From the human T2T-CHM13v2.0 reference genome, Homo sapiens: a stretch of 64,000 bases of DNA. The stretch is taken from the NCBI RefSeq assembly GCF_009914755.1, contig NC_060925.1; one strand, written 5' to 3'. The notes below the pieces were generated by a model, which did not search any database, was not told where the DNA came from, and saw only the letters and a list, made by a program, of their open reading frames with translations. A program made the position numbers and the translations under genes. Below, one piece after another: positions 31,201 to 46,259 of the stretch. Every line of letters begins with the position of its first letter. The stretch's first letter is position 1.

Positions 31201-33383
31201 GACTCAGTTTTTCTTAATCATCAATAGTGTTTGGTGTTGTCACTATTTTTTAATTTAGCCATTCTGATAAGTGTGTAGTAATATCTCATTCTGGTTTTAA
31301 TTTTCATCTCCTTACTGGCTGACAATATTAACCATCTTTTCATGTGCTTATTTATCATCTGTGTATCCTCCTTCGTGAAATGCCTCTACATGTCTTTTTT
31401 CCCATTTTCTAATTGGATTGTTTGTTTTTTAAGTTAAATTTTGAGTGATGTTTATATATTCTACCTACTTGTTTGATATGTGGTTTGCAAATATGTTTTT
31501 TCAGTCTCTAGTTTGTCTTTTCTCCTCTTAACAGGGTTTTTCATGGAGCAAAATTTTTTATATTGATGAAGTCCATTTTATCCATTTTTTATTTTATAGT
31601 TTTTTTTCTAAAAGTGTTATAGTCTTACATTAAAGTCCATAATCCATTTTGAGTTAATTTTTGTATAAGATGTCAGACTTAGGTTGAAGTTAACTTTCCC
31701 TCCTTCTGGGTATTCAGTTATTCCAGCATCATTTGTCGAAAAGGCTATTTCTCCATTGGATGGTTTTGCATTTGGGCATATTTGCATGGGTCTTTTATTA
31801 GTTCTCTATTCTGTTCCACTGATCTACGTAGATCACCACCAATTCCACCAATATCAATCTTGATTACTATAGCTATAGACTAAGTGTTGAAAGCAGGTGG
31901 TCTGATTCTTCTCATTTTTCTTCTTTTTCAAAATTGTTTTGGCTATTGTAGTTTCTTTGCTTTTTCATCTAAAATTTAGAATACACTTCTTTATATCTAA
32001 AAAAGTATTGCCAGAATTTAGAGAAGGATCACATTAAACTTATAGATCAATTTGGGGAGAATTGACATCTTCACTCTTTTGACTCTTTCAATCCATGAAC
32101 ACCATGCGTCCCTCATTTATTTAGATCTTTGATTTCTTTCATTTCGTAGTTTTTAGCATACCAGTCATACATATTTTGTTAGATTTACTTAAACATTTCA
32201 TTGTTTTGAGTGGTTATAAATGATATTTTATTTTTAATTTGTTAGTTTGTACAAATACAATGATCATTGTATGTTTATCTTATATAAACTTTCTGTGTTC
32301 ACTTATTAGTTCCAAGAGTTTTTAATTTTTTGGGTTTTTTTTTTGTAGATTCCTTGGGATTTCCTATGTGGACAATATGTCATCTGAAAATAGATAAAAT
32401 TTTACTTCTTCTTTTTCTCTCTGAATGCCTATTAATTATTTTTCTTGCCTTACTGCATTTGCTGAAATTTCTAGCATTATGTTGAAGAAAGGCAGTAAGA
32501 GTAGTATCCTTGTCTTGATTCTGATCTTAGTGAGAAGGCATTCAATCTTTCAGCATTAAGCATAATGTCAGCTATAGGCTTTTGTAGACTTTCCTTATCG
32601 AGTTGATAAGTTTCTCTCTATTTCTATTTTTCTGAGAGTGTTTAGAAATCATGAATGCATATAGAATTTTGTCAAATGATTTTTTCATAGATTGATATAA
32701 TCATGTGATTTTTCTTCTTTAGCCTGTTAATGCGGTGAATTGTTGAATATCAAACCAGTCTTGTATCCCTGGAATAAATGAGTTGGTCATTTTATATAAT
32801 TCTTTTTTAAATGTTGCTGAATTCTATTTGCTAATATTTTGTTAACAACTTTTGCATTTATATTCATGAAGGATATTGGTCTGTGAATTTCTTTTCTTCT
32901 TTGTATTGTCTTTGGTTTTGCTATCAAGGTATTATTTAAGCTTCATAAAATGAAGTGGGAAATAGTCCCTTCTCTTCTGTTTTCTGGAATAGATTGTATA
33001 GAACTAGTGTTAATTCTTCTTTAACATTTGCTAGAATTATCTAATAAAAAGATCTGGGTCTGGAGATTTCTTTTTGGAGAGTTTTTAAATGATGAATTAC
33101 ATTTCACTAATAGTTATAGGGCTAAGCAAATAATTACTTCACATTGGGTAAGGTGAGGTACTTTGTACTTTTCAAAGAAGTGGTCCATTTAATCTAAGTT
33201 GTCAAATTTATGTGTGTAGTTCATAGTATTCCTTATTATGGGTTTGATATCTACAGGATCTGTAGTGATATTCCCTGCTTCATTCCCAATATTGGTAATT
33301 TATGTCTTCCCATTTTTTCTTTGCCAGTTTTGCTAGAGACTTGTCATTTTATTGCTCTTTCAAATAACTTGTCCTTTGTTTAA

Positions 33384-33774
<391 letters not shown>

Positions 33775-33984
33775 CTTCATTTGCTTTCTAGGTTCTCGAG
33801 GTGGCAGCTTAGATTGTTGATTTGAAACTTCTTTTTTCAAAATATGAATTTAGTGCTATAAATTTTCCTCTCAGTACTGCTATAGATATATTCCATAACT
33901 TTTTAATGTTATATTTTTTCTTTCAGTTTAATATATTTTAAAAATTTCCTTTGAGACTTCTTTTGTTGACCCATAGATTATTTA

Positions 33985-34291
33985 TTTCCCTTTTTATCTT
34001 TACTGTTTTCTCCCTTCATTTGCTTTCTTTCTTTTTTTGATTTTTTAATTTTTATTTTATTTTTTTTTGAGACAGAGTCTCACTCTGTTGCCCAGGCTGG
34101 AGTGCAATGGCAAACTCTGCCTCCCAGGTTCAAGCAATTCTCCTGCCTCAGCCTCACAAGTAGCTGAGACTACAGGCACGTGCCACCACACCCAGGTAGC
34201 TCTTTTGTATTTTTGGTAGAGGTGGGGTTTCACCATGTTGGCCAGCCTCCCAAAGTGTTGGGATTACAGGTGTGAGCCACCAAAACCAGCC
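33985..34291 (-). mobile_element. AluS plus a copy of the neighbouring Alu's 3' flank
   Basis: TSD agattattta at 33975-33984 and 34292-34301; 33980-34031 matches 33418-33469. Confidence 0.88.
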
Positions 34292-34920
34292 AGATTATTT
34301 AGACGTTATTTAGTGTGTTATTTAGTTTCTAAATGTTAAGAAATTTTCTCCTGATATTTCTGTTATTTTTTTCTAGTTTGAGTTTATTGTGGTTGGATAA
34401 CACACTCTGTATGATTTTCAATTCTTTTAAATTTGTTGAGTTTTTTTTTTTTTATTGGCTTAGGATATGGTCTATCTTGATGTATGTTCCATGGGCTCCT
34501 GAAGATAATGTGTGTTCCGTTGCAGCTGTTGGGTGAAGCATTCTCTCTACATCATTCGGGTCCTGTTGGTTCATAGGGTTGTTGAGTTCTACATCCTTGC
34601 TGACTTTCTATCTAGTTGTTCTATCAATAGTTGAGAGAATGGTGTTAAAATCTCCAACTAAAATTGTGAATTTGTGTATTTCTTTTTTCAGTTCTATCAA
34701 TTTTTACTTCACATATTTTGCAACTCTATTGTTTGGTACATATACATTTAGGATTGCAATGTTTTCTTGGTGGATTGGCTGTTTAATTATTATGTAACGC
34801 CCCTCTCTGTCTCCAGTAATTTTATTTTTTTTCTGAAGTTCATGTTATCTGATATGAATATAGTTACATCTACTTTCTTTTGATTAATGTTTGCATGATG
34901 TTCCTTCCCCATCCTTTTAC

Positions 34921-35223
34921 TTTTTATTTATTAATTTATTTTTCAAAAATTTTTTTGAGATAGGGTCATGCTCTGTTGCTCAGGCTGGAGTGCAGTCTCA
35001 ACCCTCCAGGTTCAAGTGATCCACCCACCTTAGCCTCTCGAGTAGCTAGGATGACAGGTATGTGCCACCATGCACGGCTAATTTATTATTTTTTTAAATG
35101 TTTAGTAGAGATGAGGTCTTGCTATGTTGTCCAGGCAGGTCTTGAACTCCTGGTCTCAAGCAATCCTCCCACCTCAGCCTCCCAAAATGTTAGGATTACA
35201 GGCATGAGCCACTATGCCTGGCT
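34921..35223 (-). mobile_element. AluJ with internal deletion
   Basis: TSD atccttttactttt. Confidence 0.9.
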
Positions 35224-35287
35224 TATCCTTTTACTTTTAATCTGTCATTTACTTTTGTTGTATTTGAAGTGAGTTTCTTACAGATAG

Positions 35288-35619
<332 letters not shown>

Positions 35620-35930
35620 CCAATCTCTATCTTTTAATTGAGTACGTAGACCATTTACATTACATGTAATTACTGAGATGGTAAGTCAGCCACTTTACGT
35701 TTTGTTTTCTGTATGTACTCTGTTTTTCATTTCTTTGTTTTCTTTTCACTGCCTTTGTTGCTGTGGATTATTTAAATTTATTTTTAGACTTCTATTTTGA
35801 TTTATTTATAGTGTTTTTGATTACATCTCTTTGTGTAGCTGTTTAATGATCTCTCTAGGTATTATATTATATGTACGTAACTTATCACAGTTTACTGGTG
35901 TAATCATTTCACCAATTTGAATGAAGAGAC

Positions 35931-36194
35931 TTTTTTTGAGATGGAGTCTTGTTCTGTAGCCCAGGCTGGAGTGCAGTGGCATGATTTCGGCTCACTGCAA
36001 CCTCTGCCTCCCAGGTTCAAGTGATTCTCCTGCCTCAGCTTCCTGAGTATCTGGGATTACAGGCATATGCCACCACACACAGCTAATTTTTGCATTTTTA
36101 ACAGAGACAGGGTTTCACCATGTTGGCCAGGCTGGTTTCGAACTCCTGGCCTCAGGTGATCTGCCTGTCTCAGCCTCCCAAAGTGCTGGGATTA
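35931..36194 (-). mobile_element. AluS lacking its 5' ~25 bp
   Basis: Ends at gctgggatta, abutting MLT1A. Confidence 0.9.
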
Positions 36195-36426
36195 TTAGTG
36201 GCCTTAGAAAAGGGACCCCAGAGAGCTGCCTTGTCTCTTCCATCATGGGAGGAGACAGTGAGAAGGTGCTGTTCTATGAACCAGGAGGTGGGCCCTCACC
36301 AGACATTGAATCTGGATACTTTGATGTTGAACTTCCCAGACTCTAGAACGGTGAGAAATAACTTTCTGTTGTTTATACGTCACCTAGCTTATGGTATTTT
36401 GTTATAGTGGCCTGAACAGACTAAGT
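36195..36426 (+). mobile_element. MLT1A-type LTR, 3' half
   Basis: gggccctcaccagaca...cttcccagactctagaacggtgagaaataa...gaacagactaag. Confidence 0.85.
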
Positions 36427-36614
36427 CCCTGAGGCTCTTCTTTCTTTCTTTTCTTTTCTTTTTTTGGCTGTTCTTTTTTTGTTGCTCAGATGGTATAATT
36501 TCTATTGTTCTATCTCTCAGTTTACAGTTTATTGATCCTTTCCTCTGTGTGGTTCATTATGCTCTTGAACCCATTGATTGATTTTTATAATTTTGGTCAT
36601 TATATATTTTACAA

Positions 36615-37152
<538 letters not shown>

Positions 37153-38039
37153 TAGTTATCATAGTTTTCAGCTATAACATTTCCGTGTGGTTCTTCACAT
37201 CTTACCTTTCTTTGGCGAGACTTTCTATTTGTTTGCTGAGACTATTTTTTCACTTGTTTCAATTGCTTATTAAAACATTTTTTATAACGACTACTTTAAA
37301 TCTTCAGCAGAATATTCTAACATCTCTGTCATCTTGGTGATTTGGCATTTACTGATTATGTTTTTCATTCAATTTGAGATCTTTTGGTTCTTGGTAAAGT
37401 GAGTGGTTTTTAATGGAAATCTGACATTTTGGGTATTATGAGATTCTGGATCTTATTTAAACTTTTTGTTTTAGCTGGCTTCCTCTGATACTGGTCTGCT
37501 GAGAAATGAGTAATAAGAAAGTGCTGTCTTATTACTGCCAGGAGGGTAATAGAGGTCACAGTTCCCTACCCAGCCTCTGTTGGTACTCAAAGGGCAAGGG
37601 CCTCCTTGTTACTACTGCGCAGAGGTGGGAGTGCTGGCCATCCACTAGGCCTCCACTGATACCTCCCTGGCTGGGAAGGATTGGAAGGCCTTGTTAGTGC
37701 TCCACATGTGGCCTCACTGACACCGTGTGGGGAGGGGAGCCTTTACCTGTTGGGAGGTGGCGACTCTATTTCCATTGACTGTTCCAGCGGGGAGATGAAA
37801 GGACACCTCATCACTGCTGGGTGGGGTTGGAAATTCAGGCTCCATGTGGTCTTTACTGATACCCTCATGTCAAGGGTACTTGCTACCACCTGGCAGGGGT
37901 GAAAGTCCCAGCTCCTTACTTGGCCCTCTTTGATACCATCCCAGTAGGGGTTTGGGGTGTCCCTTTTCAGGTTGGCAAAGGTAGAAATCTAGACTCCCGG
38001 CTCCACCTTTGCTGGCACACTGGGGGTAGGGCCACAGGT

Positions 38040-38079
38040 TTGTGTGTGTGTGTGTGTGTGTATGTGTGTGTGTGTGTGT
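38040..38079. repeat. (TG)n microsatellite
   Basis: Read directly; one TA interruption. Confidence 0.9.
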
Positions 38080-38557
38080 TTCCTGTGGTGTTTGGCTAGA
38101 GTACAGTGGTTTTTACTTTTTTTTTTTTTTTACTTATTTTATGTTTTAGTACTCACATCTTACACAAAAGTGATTTTTATTCAAAGGCTTTCTGTCTTTT
38201 TAGGCTGCTGCTCTCCTGGTCCTTCGGCTGGACAGAGCAGACTTCTGTTGGGGCTTTTCTGGTCTGCATCCATTGATGTTTCCATGTCAAGGGCTTCTTT
38301 AGCTCCAAGTCTGGAATACATGACGCAAAAAGAAAACCCAGAGAACTCATGATTGTGTTGTTTCTTAGTTCCTGAGGTCCCCAGCTGGTCTGCCTTCTTC
38401 ACTCCACCTTTCAGAGTCTTTTAAAGTTTGCTTTATGTATACAATGTCAAGGTTTTTATTTGTATTTAGGAGAAATAAGGAAACGTATGTTTTCTTCATC
38501 TTCCCTGAAGTGAATGTTGTCCATATATACTTTTATAAAGGTTAAAACACTGGCTCT

Positions 38558-39000
38558 GAGTAATCTGAAAAGGCTACAGACTTTATGATTTCAACTATAT
38601 GGCATTCTAGAAAACACAAAACTATGGAAACAGTACAAAGATCAGTGGTTTCTAGAGGCTGGGGGGAAGGTGGGATGAATAGGTGGAGCACAGGGATTTT
38701 AGGCTGGGAAAACTATTCTGTATGATATGACAATGGTGGATACTTGCCATTATACACCTGTACAAACCCATAAAATGTACAATACAATGAGTGAACCCTA
38801 ATGTAAACTACAGACTTCGGGTAATAATGATGTATTTATGTTGTTTCATCATTCTACCAAATGTAACCCTGGTGGGGGACCTTGGGGTGGGGGTGGGCTG
38901 TGTGTGTGGTGGGGAAGAGCATGGGGGAGCTCCGTATTTTCTGCTCAATTTTGCTATAAATCTAAAACTGCTCTCAAAAAATAAAGTCTGTTAATTAAAA
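38558..39000 (+). mobile_element. L1MC-type 3'UTR
   Basis: ggatgaataggtggagcacagg...gtgaaccctaatgtaaacta...aaactgctctcaaaaaataaagtc. Confidence 0.85.
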
Positions 39001-39299
39001 CAATTGGGTCTATATGATGGTAAAATGTGTGCTCTTGCCTCCAGCTCACGACTCTCAGTGTGCCTGCATTCAACTGCCCACTTCTCAACCCCTTGGGTCT
39101 TAATTCTGCGAAACCCTGGCCACTTTGCCTAAGCCCGAGACTGCCCTGGCCTTACTCAAGTTTGATCTGCTGTCCCTGCTACCTCCCTCTTCTCCATGCC
39201 TTAGAAGCTCCTGAACTTGGCACCAGACGGACTTGAGCGACAACCTCTCTAAGCCTCATTTTCCCCATCTGTATGAAAGAAAATGCCACCAGATTATTG

Positions 39300-40000
39300 C
39301 TTAAGGTTCAGGGTGGTGCCAGACCCAGCGTAGCCTCCTATTGCTCTGGGAGGCTGACTCTGGGAAGGTGGTCCTTTCAGATGCCCCGTACAAGAAGTAA
39401 GGAGAGGGGGTGAGGAAAAGAGAGTGGAGCAGGACGACCACCGGGGACCCGCACACAGCAGCTGGGCTGGCCAGCACCCTTCCTGCCACTGACACACCTC
39501 AAGACATGTTTGTTTTCTGGGTCCTCCTCAGGGTCAGAGTGGGAGCAGGGAGCACGTGGGGCGGTGGGGGACAGATGTTGTTTTTCAAGTGACAAGCGCG
39601 ACTCTGTTTCCGATTCTCACAGGCAACCTGAATGCCCATCACATCAGGCAGGGAGAGCTGCCCAGATCTGACACTAACCCCTTGTGGAAGTGCCTGGCGG
39701 GTCCGCGGGGTGAGGGGGGACCTCCTACAGGGCAACGAAGGCGGAATGAATTTAGTGCCTGTGAATGAAGCGGGATTGGCAGCCTTTGAAACAAACTCTG
39801 TCTTTGTTCCTGACCGTACCTCCCAGACCAGGGCAGTGCCAGCTTTCTTCACTCCATCCTGCCCACATTCTTTGGCCCAACTCAGCTGTGAGGACAGGCA
39901 CAGAGGCTCCCATGTTTTAAGCCCTAGAAGGAATCAGTTAATCTGTGTCTCGGAGACCCACAAGCAGCCTGCGGCCTGCACGGGTGGAGTCTTAGAGCTG
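39300..40000. promoter_or_regulatory. GC/CpG-enriched unique segment, candidate regulatory element
   Basis: CACGTG (39553-39558) fused to GGGGCGG; ATTGG ~39775; CCTTTGAA 39783; many CpGs outside young repeats. Confidence 0.35.
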
Positions 40001-40012
40001 AGTTGCCAAGAT

Positions 40013-40300
40013 AGCAGCTTTCACACACTTGTGACTGTAGCCTACAGTGAGAAATAAATTTTGCACTATGACCCAGTGACACACACCCATCCACCCACAC
40101 ACACCCATTCATGTACACGCTCACACACAATCTAAACATTTAAAAAATGAAAGAAATAGACTAGACAGTATAAGAATGCAGTAAAGATACTGTTTTGTGA
40201 AATGTGTGTATGTGTGTAACTCTGTGTGTGTGTTGAGTCACGCATGATAGAAAGTGTATTTCTGACTGTGGATTGTGGTAAAAAAAAAAATCAAAAGAAA
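40013..40300. mobile_element. Palindromic hAT-Charlie-type MITE
   Basis: Imperfect long inverted ends: cctacagtgagaaataaa...acacac vs gtgtgt...gtatttctgactgtgg. Confidence 0.6.
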
Positions 40301-41266
40301 TTTGTCTGGATCATTGTTTCTCCAACTATATAGTAAATCACCAGACTAGAGATTGACAAAACACTTTACCATATTAAAGTCCCCGAAAATTCCCACAGCA
40401 AAGAGAATCTGTTGAACTTTGCTGATACCCCTACTTCCCCCCCAAATGCTAATATTACTATGTCATGGAACTAATATTTCATAGAACACAGTCCTGGAAG
40501 GAATTTGAAAAATTCTCTGGAATTTCCACAGGAGTTTTTAGCCACAGGGTAAGAGGGAGTCTGTTTCAACAAGTGAAGAGTTACTAAATCTGTTATATTG
40601 TTGGTTGCCATGTAAGTTTTTTTTTTAAGTCCTCCTGCTAAAAAATGTTTGAAACCTACACGTCTCATCCAGCTCTGTCATGTTATGATGGGGGAAGTGA
40701 CTGGGCCAAGGTTATCCAGTGAGGTCATGGAGAACTGAGACTCAATTTTGCTGAGTTCTCAACTGTAAACCCCTGACTCCACCTCCAGGATCAGATAAAT
40801 GCCCTGATGGAGGGAGGTTAGGGGCAAGATAATGTATATGAAATATATATATGAAACTTCTTTGAACAGGCAGAAATTGTATAATAAATCTAAGGAACAT
40901 ATATCTTTTTTCTAAGCCTCAGAAAGGAGATTCTGTAGTTCCAATCAGGAAGTTACCAACCCTATTGTATGGTAACTTAATGAAAACTTTTTCCTATTTT
41001 CCAATTCTAAAGGAAGTTGCTCATTGCTATATTAAAACAAATCCAAGAAGTAAGAATATTTAGGCATTACTCTTCTTCTAACTAAAGCCCTATTATTGTT
41101 TTCCCAGAAGAGACTTTGCCTATACTGCATTCAAACCAGCAAAAAAATGTCTATTCCTCATCCACAGAGGAATAGAAGTGAAAGTCGTTTTACACGCAAT
41201 ACTGTCTGTATCTAGCAATGCTCATTCAACTTTTGTTGAATGGACAAACGCTTGAACAGTGATTGC

Positions 41267-41677
41267 GTGTGTCACCGAAGCACTCTCTGTCCTTGGTCAG
41301 CCTGTTCAGTGCCTCAGGAGCAGATCTCTAGGGACTCTCAATGGCTGCCTTGCCTTTTGGCTTCTGGTTGAGTTTGGCCCAGGGAGCACTGGCAGGGACT
41401 CAGAGAGTGGGGAAGAGTGGGTTTGCGTATTAATTCCCCTGGCTGCTTCCCTCTACTGAAGATCACAGCTCCTGCCAGGTGGTGGGAAGCCACCCAGCCC
41501 GCCTTGTCCCTAGATTCCCATAACCACTCCCTTTGGCCTGGGGGTCACTGCCCCCACAGATACTGATTTAAGGTTTCTCTACATCCTGACTATACATTTG
41601 CAATTCCTTTGTTAACTCTCCCCAAGGTACCCCATTTGAGTAGGACCTTGACTGTTTGCTGGGGCCTTGACTTATAC
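41267..41677 (+). mobile_element. LTR33-like ERVL solo LTR
   Basis: ccttgccttttggcttctggttgagtttggcc...catttgagt...tgacttatac. Confidence 0.7.
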
Positions 41678-41825
41678 TCTGTTTTGTATTCATTTTCTCT
41701 TAATATTGCGTAATTTATTGCCTCCCCCTCTCCTGCCCCATTTAGTGTCTTGACACTTGCTAAGGTATAGAAGACTCATATTTCTCTCTTTTCTCTCCCT
41801 TTTGTTGAGAGGCAACCATGGAGAT

Positions 41826-41978
41826 AGCAGGACTTCTTAACCCTGGGGTGCTTTAAAAAACTGAGGCCTGGGCCCCACCTGGAGATTCTGACTCACTGGG
41901 TGTGGGTGGGCCCCAGCATGTCTGTTAACAGCAACTCCCCAGGGAACAACTGATGAAGGGAGGGAGGCCTAGCTCTGC
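41826..41978. mobile_element. MER5-type relic
   Basis: gcctgggccccacctggagattctgactcactgggtgtgggtgggccc. Confidence 0.65.
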
Positions 41979-42035
41979 AATTTGTCTCTGTGAGACCATA
42001 GGCGAGTCCTTCTCCCTGGGCCTCCGTGCTCCACC

Positions 42036-42102
42036 TGTTGTGTGTGTGCGCATATGTGTGTGTGCGTGTGTGTGCGCCTGTGTGTGTGAGCATGTGTGTG
42101 TG
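42036..42102. repeat. Imperfect (TG)n/(CG) alternating tract
   Basis: Read directly. Confidence 0.85.
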
Positions 42103-42993
42103 AGATGATCTTCGCGCTCTGACTCTGGATCTTATATCGCAGTCCCTAGTTCTGATCCCAGCGGCTGAGGTCAGGGTGAGAACTTGGGTTCTGACTGCAT
42201 GCACCACTGCCCTCTTGTGGACATGCGCACAACTGTGACGGTGGCTGATGCGTTCTCCCCTGTCACCAATGTTAGGAATCAATAGTGCTTCAAGGGGTGA
42301 TTTAGTCAAGCATAGCAAAGGCTGCGATTAATCACTCCCCGAAGATAGCCATCTCCTTTTTTTAACAGACTTTAGTGAAGACTTCATCCTGCGCATTCTT
42401 ATTTTAAAAGTTGATTAATTTTTTTAGAATTAGCTTCCTATAGTAAGGGGATGGGGTGGAGTAATTGCTTTGTAGAATAACCATGATTAAAAATAAGGTG
42501 GAACATTCAGGAAAAAGTCAAAAAGACCATCAAGTAGTCCCTGGGAGAGAGCCGCATAGCAGAGTGGCTGGGAGTCCCAGGGATGAGGGAGCAAAGGTTC
42601 TGCAGCTGAGCTGCTCAGAATGTTTCCTCCCCTGCTCGCAGATACCCCTCCTGAACCTCTTCTAACCCACCACCCCTTGGAAATTTCCTCCTCTGGTGTC
42701 AGCCTCCTCTTGCCCCATCTTCTCTCAGTTCCTTTCTTCGAGCCCCTTCCTGGCCTCTGTGTTCTACCACACACATGCTCTTCTGTTTCCTTTTGTTCAA
42801 CAGATTTCACTGGCCCATTCGCAGAAAAAATGGTAACAACCTGTTAGCTGTTTTCATCAATTTATGTGATGTATTGTGTATTAATTACTAGTATTCTCTA
42901 TGTCATATTATTATTATTAGAGATGATGGAAGAGGAAGGGCATTGTATATTAATTATCAGTATATTTCATATATATATATGTATGTATGTGTA

Positions 42994-43147
42994 TTTGTTT
43001 GAGACAAGGTCTTGCTTTGTTGCCCAACTGGAGTGCAGCAGCACTGCAGCCTTGAGCTCCTGGCCTTGAACTCCTGGCCTCAAGTGATCCTCCCACCTTG
43101 GACTCCCAAAGTGCTAGGATTACAGGCGTGAGTCACCATGCCCAACT
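42994..43147 (-). mobile_element. Internally deleted AluJ with TA-rich tail
   Basis: Right-arm start fused to left arm; (TA)/(TATG) tract ~42960-42993. Confidence 0.8.
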
Positions 43148-43244
43148 AGGACTATATAATAATTATTTTGGGGGAAAGATATAAGAAAAAGGATAAATGT
43201 GTTTCTAAAATTGGATATAATTTTGAACATTTAAATTTACCTGA

Positions 43245-43569
<325 letters not shown>

Positions 43570-43896
43570 TTGTACAACTTTTAACAGTGATTTTGGGTTC
43601 CCCGTGATCTCTCCTGCCGCCTCTGTGCTGCCATCATATGGGTTAATATGAATCCATTCAATAGTGTTTTTTCTTGAGCACCTACTCTGTGCCAAGCAGT
43701 GTTCTAGGTTCTGAGGATACAGAAGGGAACAAAATTATCTCTTCTCTCATAAAGCTCAGATTCTGATGAGGGGTGAATGTATACATAATCTGAGGGGATG
43801 GTTCTTAATTTATTTGCTTTAACAGTTCCTTCTGGAACTTTGGAAATAGGAACAAGCCACCGAGTACCCTTTTTTTTCATCATCTCCAACATGTGA

Positions 43897-44234
<338 letters not shown>

Positions 44235-45687
44235 CTGTTTGTTGGCAACTTCTGATGGCTGAGTTCAATTAACAATTCATAATTGGGTAACTTTTCTAGT
44301 AAAGCTGTACTTTGTTCTATTGCACTTTGTCAATGTTGCATTTTTTACATACTGAAGGTTTGTGGCAACCCTGCATCTAGCAAGTCTATTGGCACCATTT
44401 TCCCAACAGCAAGTGCTCACTTTGTGTGTCTGTGCCACATTTTGGTAATTCTTGCAAAATTTTAAACTTCTTTATTATCATTATATCTGTTATTATGATG
44501 ATCTGTGATCAGTGATCTTTGATGTTACTGTTGTAATTGTTTTGGGGTGTCATGAACGGTGCCCACATAAGACGATAAACTTAATAGATAAATATTGTGT
44601 GTATTCTCACTGCTCCACTGACTGTTTCCCCATCTCTCTCTCTCTCTCCTTGGGCCTCCCTATTCCCTGAGACTCAATGATATTAAAATTAGGCCAATTG
44701 ATAACCCTACAATGGCCTCTTAGTGTTCAAGTGAAAGAAAGAGTTGTGCATCTCTAACTTTAAATCTAAAGCTAGAAATGATAAAGCTTAGTGAGGAAGG
44801 CATCACGAAAGCCAACACAGGCTGAAAGCTAGGCCTCTTGTGCCAGTTAGCCACATTATGAATGCAAAGGAAAATTTATTGAAGGAAATTAAAAGTTCTG
44901 TGCCAGTGAATACATGAGTGATAAGAAAGCAAAAAAAAAAAAAAAAAAGATAAACTTATTGCTGATATGGAAAAAGTTTTAGTGGTTTCAATAGAAGATC
45001 AAACCAGCCACAATATTCCCTTAAGCCAAAGCTTAATCCAGAGCAAGACCCTAACTCTCTTCCATTCTATGGAAGCTGAGAGAGGCAAGAAAGCTGCAGA
45101 AGAAAAGTTCAAAGCTATCAGAGGTTGCTTCATGAGGCTTAAGGAAAGAAGTCGTCTCCATAACATCAAAGTCGAAGGTGAAGCAGCAAGTGCTGATGGA
45201 GAAGTTGCAGCAAGTTATCCAGAAGATCTAGCTAAGATAATTGATGAAAGTGGCTACATCACACAACATGTTTTTAATGTGGACAAAATAGCCTTCTATT
45301 GGAAGAAGATACCATCTTTCATAGCTATACAGAAGAAGTCAATGCCTGGCTTCAAAGCTTCAAAGGGCAGCTGACTCTCGTTAGGGGCTAGTGCAGATGG
45401 TGACTCATTCTAAAGATCCTAGGCACCTTAAACATTCTGCTAAATCTGCAGTGCCTGTGCTTTGTACATGGAATAACAAAGCCTGGATGACAGCACATCT
45501 GTTAACGGCATGTTTTACTGAATATTTTAAGCCAACTTAGACCTACTACTCTGAAACAAAAACTCCTTTCAAAATATTACTGCTCATTCACAGTGCACTT
45601 GATCACCCAAGAGCTCTGATGAAGATGTACACAGAGATGAATATTGTTTTCATGCCTGCTAACACAAACACCCATTCTGCAGACCAT

Positions 45688-45783
45688 GGATCAAGAAGTA
45701 GTTTCAACTTTCAAGCCTTATTATTTAAGACATACGGATCAAGAAGTAATTTCAACTTTCAAGTCTTATTATTTAAGACATAC
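45688..45783 (+). repeat. 48-bp tandem duplication inside Tigger1
   Basis: 45688-45735 vs 45736-45783, 2 mismatches. Confidence 0.95.
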
Positions 45784-46259
45784 ATTTCATGAGGCTATAG
45801 ATAGCTTTTTTTTTTCCTAATGGATCTGAGCAAAGTAAATAGAGAAACTTCCGGAAAGGATTCACCATTTTAGACGTCATTATGAACATTTGTGACTCAT
45901 AGGAAGAGGTCAAAATATCAACCTTAACAGGAGTTTAGAAGAAGTTGAATCCAACCCTCATGGATGACTTTGAGGGGTTGAAGACTTCAGTGGATGAAGG
46001 AACTGCTGGTGTGGTGGAAATAACAAGAGAGCTAGAGGTGGAGCCTGAAGATGTGACTGAATTGCTGCAATCTCATGATAAAACTTGCAAGGATGAGGAC
46101 TTACTTTTCTTATGGATAAGCAAAGAAAGATGTTTCTTGAGATGGAATCTACTCCTGGTAAAGATGCTGTGAACATTGTTTTAATGACAACAAAGGATCT
46201 ACACTATTACATAAACTTAGTTGATAAAGCAGTGGCAGGGTTTGAGAGGACTGACTCTA

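Noticed and set aside
38872-38928. G-quadruplex-like G runs
   Set aside because: Normal G-rich tract of the L1MC 3'UTR
39377-40057. ORF cluster in the GC-rich segment
   Set aside because: Explained by stop-codon depletion in GC-rich DNA; no recognisable protein
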